Assembly: GCF_000281045.1 (NCBI RefSeq)
Contig: NW_008246101.1
Coordinates: 208,207 to 242,616 of the forward strand
Direction: 5' to 3'
DNA from: Saprolegnia diclina VS20
Taxonomy: Eukaryota
DNA length: 34,410 bases
Part shown: in pieces, positions 9,330 through 22,303 of the stretch
How positions within the stretch are numbered: position 1 is the stretch's first letter
Layout of the letters: the number at the start of each line of letters is the position of its first letter
Translations under genes and position numbers: made by a program
Notes under the pieces: generated by a model
The model's input: only the letters and a program-made list of their open reading frames with translations
Told to the model about the DNA's origin: nothing
Database searches by the model: none

Positions 9330-12065
9330 ATGGACGACGCAGAAGACCTCGAAGCCGAGCTGCAGCGGCAGCTGCAGGACGTGGCCATCGACGACGATGA
9401 GGAGGACGAGGAAGACGAGAACGATGGGGATCGACCAGTGTACGAGCGCAAGTCGCTCGACGAGCTCCTCGCCAGGTACATCATGGACGGCGACGACGAC
9501 GATCCATGCTGATGTGGTTGTAGCTTACAAGACGAGATGCATGGGACCAGTGCGAGTCCCATGTGGACGGCGTTTGCAGAGGCAACAAGGGCCGCAGACG
9601 TGGCGCTGCTCTCGGCCGTCGAGACGGACCTCGCCGACTTGGACTTGTACGACGTTCGCAGCGCCATCGAGGTCGACCCGCGATCGGTAGCGACGACGCC
9701 AAACGACATGCCCCTCCCACCGACGCCAACTCCGAACGTGACGCTGGCTTCCAACGGCGCTGCGGCGCCGGTCCCCGAGGAGGCTTCGCTGGCAACGGAG
9801 GACGAGGCCAGCGTGAGCTACTGCCACGCCCATTGCGAGCCATCGTGCGATGCAGTGTGCTTGGCCCACTGCGCTCTAGTCATGTGCTCCTATTACTCGA
9901 GTAGCGCAGCAGCCGCAGCGGCCCGGCACGCAGCCTCAATGGCCGAAGACGAGGTCTTCTGGTCGCTCTCCCAGCAGTCGGTCCAGGCCATCGCCATCGC
10001 TGCTCGCGTGCCCACCGTGCTAACCGAGTCGCCATCTGACGCTCTACCTGCAAACAACGTCGACGCAGCGGCCGTCATCGGTAGCCCGACAAAGCTCGAC
10101 CATGAGGCCCGCTGTGAAGCCATCGAGCGCAAGCACCGAGAGCGCGTTGCAGCGATGGAAGCCGAGCGAGCGGCGGCCGACGCCGCGTACGAAGCCCAGC
10201 AGCGCGAACTTGAGCGCGAGATATCCTTTCTCCTTCCCGCTCTGCGTACTCGTCTACTCGTCATGGTTTCCAGCGACATGTAGCGTACGTCATCGCCGCC
10301 GAGACCCGACGGCTGGCCAAGCAGCGCCGCGACGAAGCGCGGCAGCGCGCCGAAGACGCTCTCCGCGCCGAGCAAGCCGCACACGACCGCCGCCTCGCCG
10401 ACGAAGCGCGCCGCCTCGACGAAGAGCATCAGGCTTTTCGCGAAGACCGCCGCAGTCGCGCGATACACATTGCGATCGCGCGCAATGAGCGTCTCGCCAT
10501 CGAGGGCGCCCGCGCGACCAACGAGCGCTCGCTCATGGGCGCCGAAGACGCTGCATCGATGGCGTTGGCACAAGCGCTCGTGGCCGTCGCCGCCTGGATG
10601 CGCAATGTCGATCGATCCCGGACCGAAGAGCGCGCCATGGCCGCCGCCGAAGCCATCGAGCGAGCCCGAGAGGCGGCTGTCGCCGAGGCAGATAGGATAG
10701 CACGCGAGCGAGAGCGGCGCGAGGCGTTGCGGCGCGAGCGTTTGGAAGAAGAAGCGCGTCGCGAGGCCGCCATCCAGGCTGTCCTCGCCCAAGAGGCGGC
10801 GGCGCGGGCGGCTCTCAAGAAGCAAGCGCTCGAAAAAGAAGCGGCCGAGCGACGCTTGTTGGCGCAGCGGGAGGAAGACTGCCGGCGCAAGCGCCTCGCC
10901 GACGAGCAGCGACAACGCACTGCGCTGGAGCGCGTCGAGGCGGTGCGGCGCGAAGCACAAGCCCGTGACGCAGCCGAGAAGGAACGGCAGCGCGAGGCTC
11001 AGATGCGCGAGGAAGAGCGCCAGCGGCAGGACGAGCGAGCGCGGCGGCAGCGCGAGGCCGCCCGACGTCAGGAGACCTTCGAACAAGCGTGTATGGAGCG
11101 AACGGATCGCGAGGCCCAAGCGCGCGAAGCGGCCGACCGAGACGACGCCGCACGCTTGGCACACTATCGACGTGACACCCACGCGAGCGTCTTGCGGGAC
11201 CTTGTCGTATGGGCGCAGGTGCGCGAACACGAAGTGCGCCAACGCCACTTGTCGAGCTATCTCCTGGCGCTCGAAGACCGGCGGTCGTTCTTGCTCCGGA
11301 AGCGGTCGCGCGTCGATGCTTACGCCGGCGCGATCCTTGGTGTAGCCCACGTCTCGCGCGCTCGCTGGTGGCGTGTGTGGGTTCGCGAGTATGGAATGCA
11401 CATCGAGAGACGCGCGGCCATCTGCCTTCAACGCGCCTGGCGCCGGTGGCAGCACTTTCGTCGACACGCCGCCGCCCGCGTCCAGTCGGCGTTCCGAGGC
11501 TTCCATCTCCGGCGCAAGCTTGCGTCCGCCCTCGAGCTCGCCAAGGTACAGTGTTGTCATCGTCGCTTGGCGTTCATGGCACTGCTAGTTTGTCGACGAC
11601 GATGACTTTGACTACGACCAAGTCGACGTCGATGCATTCCTTGGGCCAGTGGACGACTTCGACCTTGACGAGGAACCGCCGCCGAGGCCTCGCGTCGGCT
11701 GGGAAGCCACGCCCGAGACCGAGTCCGACCAAGGGACCAGCGTGGCTTTGCCCGACGCCGCCCCAACAGCGTACCCGGTCATCGACAACCAGCGACGAGA
11801 CGACGAAGGTGAGGATCAAGCGGTCGTTGCTCCGCTGCCTTTGCCCGCGCCTCCCGAAAGCACCGCCTCCAAGCTCTACCAGCGCATGCAGAAGGCTGTC
11901 AAGATGCACCGACCAAAGCTGGCGCGCAACCCGCCACCGAAAAAAGCTCAAGTCGACGACGTATCGCAGAGCGTCACGTGGTCGACGAGCGGCAAGAAGG
12001 CCAAGAAGGTCAACGTACCGTCGCTCGTCGAGCGGCTGCGGCGAACGACCGCGGCCTCCCGATAG
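9330..12065 (+). CDS. Large charged coiled-coil protein with IQ calmodulin-binding motifs (C-terminus reminiscent of LRRIQ1), at least 4 exons
   Basis: Introns 9476-9523, 10246-10283 and 11546-11588 give one continuous frame. Contains an E/R/A-rich helix, IQ-like AAICLQRAWRR and AAARVQSAFRGFHLRRKL, then an acidic FVDDDDFDYDQVD stretch. Confidence 0.7.
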
Positions 12066-12175
12066 CTCGACGCAACGTAGTTAGTCGATGTTGCTACTAG
12101 TAGTCCCTTGTAGTCGTTTTTGTAGTCGATGGCCTTTTTTGCTGAGTGACCGTTTCAAGTTGCCGAACGCCGGAG

Positions 12176-12877
12176 ATGCGACGCCTCGTGGGTCTTCTTG
12201 TCGCCTGCGCCGTCCCGATCCTCGGGCAGCTGCGCTTCATGCCCATGGTGGAGCCCATGTACGTCGCGCGGAAGCCACTGCAGTTCATGCCCCATTCGGC
12301 GGCGTCCACCTGCGCCTTGGTGAACCGCTGCGACCGGTACCGCTTCATGCCCCGCCGGACGGCCGAGATCCAGCCACGCCCAACGACGCAGCTGCCAACG
12401 GCGGCACCAACGACAGCGACGCCACGCACTATGACACCGTCGCCGGCGACAACAGCCCCAGGTGCCACGCCGCCCAATGCAACGACGATAGAGCCAACAA
12501 GTCGCCCGCCGTTGACTGGCCACCCTGTTCCGTCCAGCGGCTTCGCGACGACTGCGCCATTGTCGCCAGGCGCGACGCCTTCGTATGAGAATCGTACACC
12601 AAGTCCATCGTCCGAGTCGACCAAGCGACCCCACGACGATGCCATCGACCGTCCCAACGGTTCGCCGCCACCAGGCCCCATACCCATGAAGCCGGCGACC
12701 GACTCGTCCTTGTCGTCGGGTGCGATCGCTGGAATTGCAGTTGGCGCCACCGTCTGCGTCCTCGGCGCGGCGGCGCTGCTCTTTGTCTGGAAGAAGAAGC
12801 GCGTGAACGCGGCCAAGCACCAGGAAATCATCGACGACCACACGACAGGCAGCGGCCAGTACTTTGCGCTCTTGTAG
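12176..12877 (+). CDS. FMP-motif type I membrane protein A (signal peptide, 3x FMP, P/T-rich stalk, TM helix, tail), intronless
   Basis: Signal-like MRRLVGLLVACAVPILG; RFMP, QFMP and RFMP; mucin-like stalk; TM region LSSGAIAGIAVGATVCVLGAAALLFVW followed by KKKR; ends QYFALL. Confidence 0.85.
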   Translation: MRRLVGLLVACAVPILGQLRFMPMVEPMYVARKPLQFMPHSAASTCALVNRCDRYRFMPRRTAEIQPRPTTQLPTAAPTTATPRTMTPSPATTAPGATPPNATTIEPTSRPPLTGHPVPSSGFATTAPLSPGATPSYENRTPSPSSESTKRPHDDAIDRPNGSPPPGPIPMKPATDSSLSSGAIAGIAVGATVCVLGAAALLFVWKKKRVNAAKHQEIIDDHTTGSGQYFALL

Positions 12878-12988
12878 ATCCATTTGTATCGAGTGCGCTC
12901 CGAATAATGACATGGTTCAATGTATGTAAGTCAAATGATCTCAGCGAGGAAGAGCCCGACGATGACCGAGTCAACTCCAGAGGAGGTC

Positions 12989-13825
12989 TCACTGCAAGTA
13001 GCGCTGAACGCGGCTGCAGTGCGTCGACTGGGCTTCCTTGAGCGCTTCCTTGAGTGACACATGCAAGGCGCGCAAGATGGCATAGTCGGTCGCCAAGGTG
13101 CGCGAAGCAACCGCGCCGTGCGCCCCAAGGGTCTCGAGCGACAGCGACAGTGCGGGCGACGCCTTGTGGTGCAGCAGGCGCGTCCCGACCTGAAGACGAA
13201 TTCATCAGCGTATGGCAGATAGCGTCGGACGCACCTCCATATCGAGGCGCCAAGAGAGATTGTGGTATGCAGGTACGTCGAGCGACGGGTTCCACGCGGT
13301 CGCAGCCTTGATCGCCTCTCGCTGGGCCTCGTAATACTACACATGGGAGCATGAGGTCGCCCAAAGCTGGCAGGTGTCGTACGGCTGCGAGCACGCCTAG
13401 ATGGTCTTGCGACAGGCGCAGCTCCGTCAGTGACGTGACAAGCTCTTGGACAGAGCTGCCTCGCTAGAGCATACATGAGGGTGGTGGCGGCGACTGTCCA
13501 TGGCACCTTGGCGGCGTCGGCGAGAATGACGCACAGGCTCGCCGTGGCTTTCTCCAAGTCGATCGCGCTCCATCCGTACTGCGCTATACAAGGCGTGAGC
13601 AATGCAAGGCGTGTACAACGGCGTACAGGCATGACGCGTGAGCTTGCGCTTGAGCTTCTTCTCGGCCGTCGCTGGCGCCGCAACAAGAGGCAGCATGCTG
13701 CAAAACTCTTCGAGCTCTAGCCATTCTCAACGATCACCCACCGTCGTCAGCGCGAGCGTCGTACGCTGGGCCGTGAGCGTCGCGAGGGTAGCGGCGCCAT
13801 CGACCAAGCCCTGATGCAGCCCCAT
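12989..13825 (-). CDS. COMMD2: COMM domain-containing protein 2, 6 exons
   Basis: Removing five short GT-AG introns gives MGLHQGLVDG...VPAYHNLSWRLDMEVGTRLL...TDYAILRALHVSLKEALKEAQSTHCSRVQRYLQ*. This matches the COMMD2-type COMM domain (YHNLxWRLD...HCxRVxR). Confidence 0.85.
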
Positions 13826-14107
13826 GTTGGCGAGATCCTTTGTCACACCGTCAACCGGCCCTTGTAGCGTACATTCTACATAGTCCGTACAATGGCATTT
13901 CTTGCCGACGCGACCGTATACCGTACGCTATAAGCACTCTATACCGTATGCAGTTGTTGCTAACCGACAATATCGTACTTAAACGAGCACCTCGACCGGT
14001 TGACGTCAAGTGCGCCTGCATACAAACGCTGCATCTCGGTGGCGCACTTTATCGGACGCTACCGCTGGGGCGTCTGCTCCATATATTTTCGAGCGGCCCA
14101 AGACGAG

Positions 14108-14494
14108 ATGGCGACCCCGAACTTCGGCCGAGCGGTCCAGGACATGCCCCCGGCGGGCGGCTTCAAGGCGCCCAACTTTGCCCGCGCCGTGCCCGTGACC
14201 CGCGGCCCGCCTGGCTGGGCCATGTTCGCCGGCTGCGCGGCCATCGTGACCTTTGGCTTCTACGTCGTGGGCCAGACCAACCAGGAGATCCGTGCGATGC
14301 GCAAGGAGCAGCGCGAGCGCCGCGTGGCCATGCTGCCGTTCTTGCAGGCCGAGGAAGACGCCGAGTACCTCCACATCGAAGCGCACTACTTGGACCAGGA
14401 GAAGGAGCGCATGAAGAACGTGCCGGGCTGGAAGGTCGGCGAGTCGCCGTACCACAGCAACACGTGGAAGGTGCCGGTCTGGGCACAAAAGTAA
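14108..14494 (+). CDS. NDUFA13: NADH:ubiquinone oxidoreductase subunit B16.6 / GRIM-19
   Basis: VQDMPPAGGF...RGPPGWAMF...GFY...N...E.R..R.AMLPFLQAEED...MKNVPGWKVGES is the GRIM-19 signature. Confidence 0.95.
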   Translation: MATPNFGRAVQDMPPAGGFKAPNFARAVPVTRGPPGWAMFAGCAAIVTFGFYVVGQTNQEIRAMRKEQRERRVAMLPFLQAEEDAEYLHIEAHYLDQEKERMKNVPGWKVGESPYHSNTWKVPVWAQK

Positions 14495-14572
14495 AACACG
14501 GCTACCGAGTATACAAGGAACAACGAGGCTTGTATGTGGCGCTAACCGCAAGAAGAATGCACAATCTGTTGT

Positions 14573-16356
14573 CTACGCCTCGTCTTGGTCGCCAAAGAGC
14601 TCGGCGAGCACGTCGTAGTTGATGTTCTTGGACTTGGCGCGCTGCTTCACCTGCAGTTTCTACGTCGACCGCATGAGCACGCGCGGTACGACGGTCGACG
14701 TACATAAATAGCGTGGGCGCCAGTGTCGGGCGCCGGGACGTCGTCGTCGGCCTTGACCTTCTTCGGGCGCTTCCGTTTGACCGCCGGTGCTTCCGCTAAC
14801 CGCGCCGCCTTGGCCGCCTACGCAGCGTCATGACATTGGCCACAGCACATTCCTTCGTACCTTCTTCTCGAGGTACTCGGAATGCATCGTTTCCCAAATC
14901 TTGCGCTTCGCCGCCGACTCCTTCTCCGTGAGGATGAGTGCATCGATCTCGTCGTCGTCAATCTCTGAGAGACCCGACTCGTCCGGGTCCGGGGCGCTTG
15001 CACTTCGCACCAAGCTGCTCTCCTAGAGCCAAACCGCATGAGTCGTTCGTCGCTCGCGCCAGAACTCGGTGCCACCTCGGGGGCTGCCGTCGAGGATGTC
15101 GTCGGTGGTGATTCGACGGCGCTGCCTTCGAGCTCAGCCACGCGCTCGTCGGCGGCGATGCTTGCGCCGAGCTCCGCCTCAAGTGTCTCAAAGAGCGACC
15201 GCGTCTTCTTTTGCTGCACGAGCCAGCGCTTCGAGCGGTCGCGGACCGACGTGAGGAGGAGCTCCGCCGACTGCTTCTGCGCGTGCTGCAGGAGCGTGCT
15301 GTTGGCATCGTCAAAGCCAAAGTCTTCGTCTTCGAGGAGCCCTTGGCCCGTTGAGTCGGCCGTCTCGCGCCATGTCGAGTCGATCAGCGACGTGAGCGCC
15401 TTGCCTTCGAGGAGGCCCTTGCTGGGCGCCATCTCAAGGAGGAGCGACTCCATCGTCTCCTTCTCGCGGTTGCGCGTAAAGGCGGGCGGGTCGCACTCGA
15501 GCAGCTTGATTTCCACTTTGCCCATTTGGTCAAACGTGAGCTGCGCGGTCGGAGTCACGGCAAACTCGGCGAGGCGCTTCCGCAACGTGACTTCGCCGAT
15601 GCTCACGACCCCCGCGACGTCGGTCATGGTGCACTTGACGTTGTGGGACCGCGCAGCGATGAGAAGCGCGGCGCCGCAGATGCCAGACGGTCGCCGGCCA
15701 GTTTCCATCCAGTCGCGCTTCATGGCCGAGACGAGGCGCAGCGCCGTGATCGCAATCACATGCATTTGCGTGCCGAGGTTGAGCTGCGACGCAAAGCGGT
15801 GGATGTACAGACTCGGGTCAATGAGCGGGATGCTGAGCTGGAGGAGCCGGCAAAACTTGAGAAAGACAGCGCCGAGCTGGAAGACCGAGATTTGCAGCTT
15901 GTCGCTAAAGTCGATGAGGAGATGCGGCGACTTTTCGCGCCGGCAGACAACGTAGAGGCACGCGGTGACGATCGCCTGCCAGCGGCGGCCGTGCGTAAAG
16001 TTGCGCTGCACCGCGAGGCCAAAGAGACGGTCCGCCGACTCGACGTAGTGGTCGCCGAGCCGGAGCATGCCGGCGACTTGCTTGATGCGGCGCCGGCCGT
16101 TTGCGAGCGTCGTCGCGCGGCTTTCGCTGTCGTAGTGCTTGCCGCCGGTACCAATGTTGGTGCTCGGCTTGGAGGCGGAGCCCGAGACGAACTGGCCCAT
16201 GACCGAGTGCGCACCGCCCGACTCGGAGAACTCGACGCTCGAGACGATCGTGTTCTCCTCGACGACGGTACCGCAGCTCACGCAGACGGCCTCGCCGCTC
16301 GCGTCGTACACGTCGATCTCGGTGCATTGGCACGTCGGGCAGACCAGTCGACCCAT
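14573..16356 (-). CDS. BRF1: Transcription factor IIIB subunit BRF1, 4 exons
   Basis: N-terminal Zn ribbon (CPTC...CVSCG), two cyclin folds (CLYVVCRREK, GRRPSGICGAALL), C-terminal homology block EIDDDEIDALILTEKE...KIWE and KNINYDVL. Introns include 15023-15075 and 14818-14860. Confidence 0.95.
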
Positions 16357-17187
16357 GCTGCGCTCCGGCCAAGAATCGAATCGAATGGTCTCGACTCCTG
16401 ATTGGACACGCCTTTGCCCGGCTAAATGCGCCCATCATTTTTATTTGGAATAAAAATACACTCTCCGACAGCGTTCTTTTTTGTAATTTTATTTTATGGC
16501 GCCTTTCCCGCGGCAACGGCGCCTCGGCGCAGCACGAGACGACGCGGCAAGGCCGCAAGTCGGCGTGCGGCGTAGGTCGAGTGCTGTGCTGCAGCATGCT
16601 ACGCACCCAGAAGAAGCGCGCACGAGGCCCAGGCGATGGCAGCACACTGGCGTTGACAGAAGGCCAAAGCGATACTAGTACTAGCTTGTGCCTGGCATGG
16701 CCCGCTACAGACGATGGCAACGGGCATGTCATGTGCAAGGCGCAAGGTGTCCGCTGCCATTGCGGCTATCACAGCAGCCACCAGGATGCTGAATGCAGTC
16801 CATAGCCCAGGCGGATGCAGCGATTCGCCTTGGCTGCTGGCGTCGCTTGGGGCAGCGGCGATTTGTCATCGTTGGTGCGGGTAATACAAAGGCGAGCACA
16901 CGACGCAGTGTGGCCTGCAGTGAGGTGCGAGAGCATCGACAACGGGGTCCGGTCGACACGGCGAGCAGTAGGCAGCAGCCTCTTCTTTGAGACGCCATTC
17001 ATTCATCACAGGACGGAGCAGAAGCGCATGCGATGTTAAAGATTCGTTCGTGATGTGCAATAGATGCGTTGTCAGAGGTCCCGAAAATGCAATGTGAGGG
17101 GTTTTTATCAGGCGGACGCTCTTGGGATTTGTATGGTATACTCAAATCACGTGATTTGCCAGAAAGGCTTGCCCGCCCCAAAACACG

Positions 17188-17827
17188 ATGACCGAGACCC
17201 GCCGCAGCAAGCGCCTCGCCAACACCGAGCCCGACGTCGTGGCCGCGCCCGCCAAGAAGGCCCGCAAGGCCGCGCCCGCCAAGAAGGCCGACCCCAAGAA
17301 GGGCAGCTCGTCGCCCAAGGTCCCGTCGCTCAAGGTCGGCGACACCATTGTCGACGTCGAGCTCAAGAACGAGAAGGACGAGCCGGTCTCAGTCCTCGAG
17401 CTCACCAAGGAGATGGGCGCGGTCTTCTTCATGTTCCCGAAGGCCAACACGCCGGGTTGCACCAAGCAGGCGTGCGGTACGCCGTCTCGACTGCGACATG
17501 TGGGAGCTAAGCGACGTCGTAGGGTTCCGTGACCACCACGACGCGTTCAAGGCCGCCGGCTACAACGTCTTTGCCCTCGCGCAGGACAACCCGACGCCGC
17601 TCACAACGTGGCAGAAGGGCCAGAAGCTGCCGTACACGCTCCTGAGCGACAAGGCCCACGCGCTCATCCAGCAGTTTGGCAGCTCCAAGGACGGCAAGAA
17701 GAAGGTGCAGCGGTCGCACGTCGTTGTCGCCAAGGGCGGTGTCATCGCCGACATGCAGCCCCAAGTGAGCCCTCAAGAGAGCGTCGACAAGGCCCTCGCC
17801 TTTTGCAAGGCGTCGGCCTCGGCGTAA
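17188..17827 (+). CDS. Peroxiredoxin Q/BCP (Dot5-like) with Lys-rich N-terminal extension, 2 exons
   Basis: Intron 17477-17522 joins FPKANTPGCTKQACG to FRD, giving the PrxQ CxxxxC active site. Also LPYTLLSD and RSHVVV. Confidence 0.92.
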
Positions 17828-17979
17828 GCTGCTATGTCGTTGTCGTCTCTACCTTTGCGTAACCACTCTCATGGACGTTCCTCCGCACATCTTCTTTGTC
17901 CTGCATGCTCCGCAGACGGGGTAGAGCAAGCATTATTAGCTTCGTACAAGGAAGCGAGAAGAGAGATGAGCGTCGTCGA

Positions 17980-20756
17980 CTACTTGCGCGCAAAGAGCGA
18001 CCCGATCGCCTTCTTCTTGGGCGGTGGCGACTTGAGTGTATCGAGGGACCCTGGCGCCGCCTTCCGCTTCCCGTCCTGGCTGCCCTTGAAGAACGGGTTC
18101 GTGCGCATCGGTGCTGGCGCGCGCGGTGGCGTGTGCGGCGCCTCCTGCAACGTAGCGCGTCGCTCGTCTGCCGAGACGTCGTCCACTTGCTCGTCTTCAT
18201 TGCGCTGCGGCTCGTCGGCTTGGTCGGTCACGAGTTGCTTGAGCGGTGGCATAAAGTTGCGCTGTCGCCGGGGTGGCGACGTCGGCCGCGCATAGCTCGG
18301 CATCGAATACGTATGCGTCTCCGTCTCGAGACGCGGCGCCTCGACAAAGGCTTCGTAGAGCGCCTCCAGCTGCGCGCCAAGCTGCCGCATGCCAAAGTGC
18401 GTCGCGATCGTCTGCGCGATCGTATGGCTCTTCTCGAGCATGAAGCACTTAGCGAGATCGAGGGCCCGCGCCGGCATGTCACTCGCACACGCGTCCTTGA
18501 CCATCACGAGGAGCTGCTTGTCCATCGACGCTTGCTCCGTCACGAGGTCGGGACTGCCAAGCCAAGCCAGGTGTTCGACCTTGTGGTACGGGTATAGCCT
18601 CATGGTCTTGTCGAGGCGCTCGGGCACACTGCCCAGCACGAAGGTCGATGGCACTGGCCGGTTCTTGCGTGCGAGGCGGGGCGCCTCCATGTCTTCGGGT
18701 AGCGGAATGTACAGCAGCGTATCGCGGAGGAACCCGAGCGCAAAGACGTGCGGGCCCGGCGACCCGAGCGGCGTCCACTGGTCGCCCATGCCGTGGCTAA
18801 GCACGTGCAGCACGCCGAGGCTGTCGACCGCAAAGAGCATGTGGGCGTCGTTAAAGCCAAGCCAGCGCAGGTCGGTTTGCGGCGAGAGCGGGAGCGGGCT
18901 TGAGGCGACGACGGCGACGCGGGGCGCATGCCGTTGAAACGGGAGCTTGTACACATCGACATGGAGGCAGGCTTCGCGGGCCACCTGGGTGACGACGGCC
19001 AAGTACGGGCCGGACGCCGCCATCGTGAGCACGCGGGCGCGGAGGGAGAAGGACCCGTACGGAATGCCGGCCGTCGTGTACAGCCGCAAGATGTTGAGCG
19101 ACGTGGCGACCGCGCAAAAGTGGTCGGCGGTCGCGACGCAGAGCGCGTCTTCGTCGAGCGGGAGCTGCGCGTGCCACGAGGCGTTGGCGGCCCACGACTC
19201 GAAGCGGCGGTAGAAGAGGACGCTGTGGTCGTCGTCGGTCTTTGGCGACGCAAAGAACGCGCCGTGGGTATCAAAGGCCGCCAGGAGAAAGCCGTACGAG
19301 TCGGTAAACCTAAACCCGCGACGGTTCTTGTCGGCAAAACTCACTTGAATCAAGTGGTCGTCGGTCGAGGGCAGTCGCTCGATCTCGCCGAGCGGCGACC
19401 ACGCGAGGAGCGTCACGGGCCCGCTGAGAATGCTACCGCTTTGAAATGGCGGCGCCAACGGCTTGGCGAACACCAAGGGCGAGACGTGCGACGGCAAAGC
19501 GCCACGTGGCGATGGCGGCGCCGACGACTCGAGGGGCGCCGCGACCGCCGGCAGAATGGTCATGTCTTGGCCAAAGCCAAAGCTCGCTTTGATCGCGTTC
19601 ACCTGCATGTCTGGGTCTTCGTCTTCGGAAGCGCTCTCGAGCGTTGGCAGCACCGTGGGTGCAGGCGGCACGATGGGCGCAGGCACCTCGGGCACCACGA
19701 CAGTAGGTACGGTCGTCAGAGCCAGAGAAGGGGCAGCTGCGGTATCGCATGCGTCGGGCGCAACGTTCTCGGCGTACCCGACGTTGCCAGAAGCCAAGAG
19801 GAGTGCGATCCCGTTGGCATCGGCCAGCCACGAGAGGGCCATGACCGCGTCCTCGACTTCGTAGACGGCAATGCACTCCTGCGTCGCCACCGACCAGACA
19901 AATACCTACGCGAGCACGCTGAGATATCAAGACGATGGATCGACTGGCGTACCTGGCGGGCCATCGAGGCGGCGGCGACGTAGCGGCCGTTGGGCGAGAA
20001 GCCCACGACGTTGATGTCGGCGGCCACGATCCCATCGGTGCTCGGAAACACAAGCTTGTGGACCAGTGCCCACGAGTCGCGTGCGTAGAGGCCGAGCGTG
20101 TTGGTGCGCAGCGGCACGGCGAGAAGGCGCCCGTCGATTGGCGCCCAGGCGATGCGGCAGAGCACGTCGTCGTCCTTCATGCCATTCTGGTACTGGAGCG
20201 GAAGGCTCTTGAGCGCAGAAACCTCGACCGTGTCGTCGTCAATGTGCGCAATGTCAAAGATCTGCACCGTGCTGTCGGCGCCCGACGTCGCCACATACGT
20301 CTCCATCGGGTCCATCGCAATGCTTTTCGCGACTTCCTTGTGCCCGTCGAGGAGGAGGAGGCGCTCCATGTTGGCGCGGGACACGATCCGGCTCTGCGTG
20401 TCCTCGCTCACGACGCCGACGTAGCTTGTAGAGCAGTCGACGTGCTTGATGTCCTCGGTGCAGCGGAGGAAGCAGCCTTCAAACTTGGGCTTGGCGCCAG
20501 CGCTGACGCTGTACCGGTTGAGCACGTAGTTGTCGGACGTGGCGACAAACATATCGCTGCCGCTCACCGCGACCGACGGGATCGTGCCATCGTCCGAGTC
20601 GAGGATCATGGCCTTGAGCTCCTTGAGCGTCGTGAGGTCCGTGAAGCGGACGTAGCCATCCTCGCCGCAGGTGACGGCGATCGAGCCCGGGAGCACGCCG
20701 AGGTCCCCGACGCCGGACGCATGCATCGAGATCGTCAAGATGCTCCGGACGCGCAT
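17980..20756 (-). CDS. WDHD1: WD40/SepB replisome hub protein Ctf4/Mcl1/AND-1, 2 exons
   Basis: N-terminal WD40 repeats (TCGEDGYVRF, GHKEVAKSI, TSGADSTVQIF). Intron 19906-19952. SepB-like region PFQSGS...LLAWSPLGEI...FTDSYGF...LRWLGF. Confidence 0.88.
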
Positions 20757-21098
20757 GCTGCTGCTGCGGCTGCTGCTAAGTATGGAAAAATGAACCGCAA
20801 CCGGCGGGTGCGTATTAAAATAAAATATATACTTGCATTTGTATTCGAATTCCATTAAAATACGTTCCCGCGCTTCCGGTCATAGCCCGACTGGCCCGCA
20901 GCGCCGAAAGCTGCGGCCAAGAGTCCATGACGCGCTGACGCATGGCACATGCAGTGGCCGATCGCCCAATTCCTCGGGCAATTAACTATGGGATGCGACG
21001 GGTCTACAGGTGTATAGACTTCTAGTACGCAAGACACAGACGAACTCCTCAAGTGTTTAGGACAAGGTTTAGTAAAGAGACTAGGGACGCGTCACGAT

Positions 21099-22092
21099 TT
21101 ACATGATGAGGCCCTCGTACTTCTGGGTGAACCAGTTCATGGCGTCCTGCTTGCGGAGGCGGTGGGGGGCACCGACACGCGTCTGGCGGAGCTTGCGGCG
21201 AGCGACGCGCATGCCCGGGCGGGTAAGGACAACGAAGAAGTCCATACCGTAGATACCCGTCGAGGGATCGTACTTGATACCCAAGTCGATGTGCTCGTCG
21301 ATACCGAAGCCGAAGTTACCGGTGTCCGAGAAGTTGCGCTTCTTGAGCTCGTACTCCTTGACCTTGAGGCCACGGTCGAGGATCTCGAGGGCCTTCTCGC
21401 CGCGGACGGTCACGTGGCACGAGATCTTTTCGTTACGGCGGATACCGAACGTGCGGACCGTGTAGCGGGCTATAGAACAGAGAGACGATGAGCATCATGG
21501 GTCGGGTTGATCGCCTGGACACGCGAGTGTGCCAGACTATCGCGCCGCCCAGATCGGGCCATGAAGGCCAACACCGCGAGGATCATCTTGTGTGGCGAGT
21601 GTCATGGTTTCGAGCGCAATCGGGGATGCAACCGCGCGAGGCCACTGCCAATCCGAAGGCATGGAGTGCACCTCATGAGCGCGCGGTCACCCGGAAAGGC
21701 CATCATTCACAGAGCACACGCTATCCGCAGACCTTGCGAGATGCCTCTTGCGAGGACGATCTGCACGTTGCCATAGTCGTGGCCGGGGACCGGGCCGGTT
21801 AGGGCACTGTGGTCCCCCACTCGTCGTAACCAGCTAGGTTTACGAGGAGATCTACATACCCTTCGAGTACACGGGCTTCTGGCCCGTGAGCTGCTCGAGC
21901 ACGCGGGCAGCGCGGGTGAGCTTATCACCCGACTCGCCGACGCAGCAGTTGATGACCAACTTCTCGACCTTGATTTCCTTCATCACGTTCTGGCTGTCCT
22001 TGCTCTACAGCATCGCATGAGCCAAAGCCCTCGGGGCGGGAACGGCCAGGCGCCGGCGACGACGCGCCGGCAGCGCGCATGGAGCGTACCAT
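21099..22092 (-). CDS. RPL11: 60S ribosomal protein L11 (uL5), 3 exons
   Basis: Exons 22092-22090 (ATG only), 22004-21860 and 21469-21099. Translation includes [50 protein letters not shown] and [18 protein letters not shown]. Confidence 0.97.
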
Positions 22093-22303
22093 CTTGATAA
22101 CACTGGGGATAATTTCGCAATTGACCTGAAGGAAGGCCGAGCCGCCAACTTTGGTTGGCTCGCAACCATAGTTTGCCCAGGACCAGTCAAATTGGCTTTT
22201 TTCATCTTTTTGGCCAATCAGAATCAACATCAGATCTGAGAGGCTTTTTGAAAATCCTCTTGAAATCAATCCGCACCGCTTCAGTGGATATCCAACAGAG
22301 TAC

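Noticed and set aside
16496..17060. Short ORFs between BRF1 and peroxiredoxin
   Set aside because: No coherent exon chain or recognisable protein. A small gene cannot be excluded, but it is unsupported.
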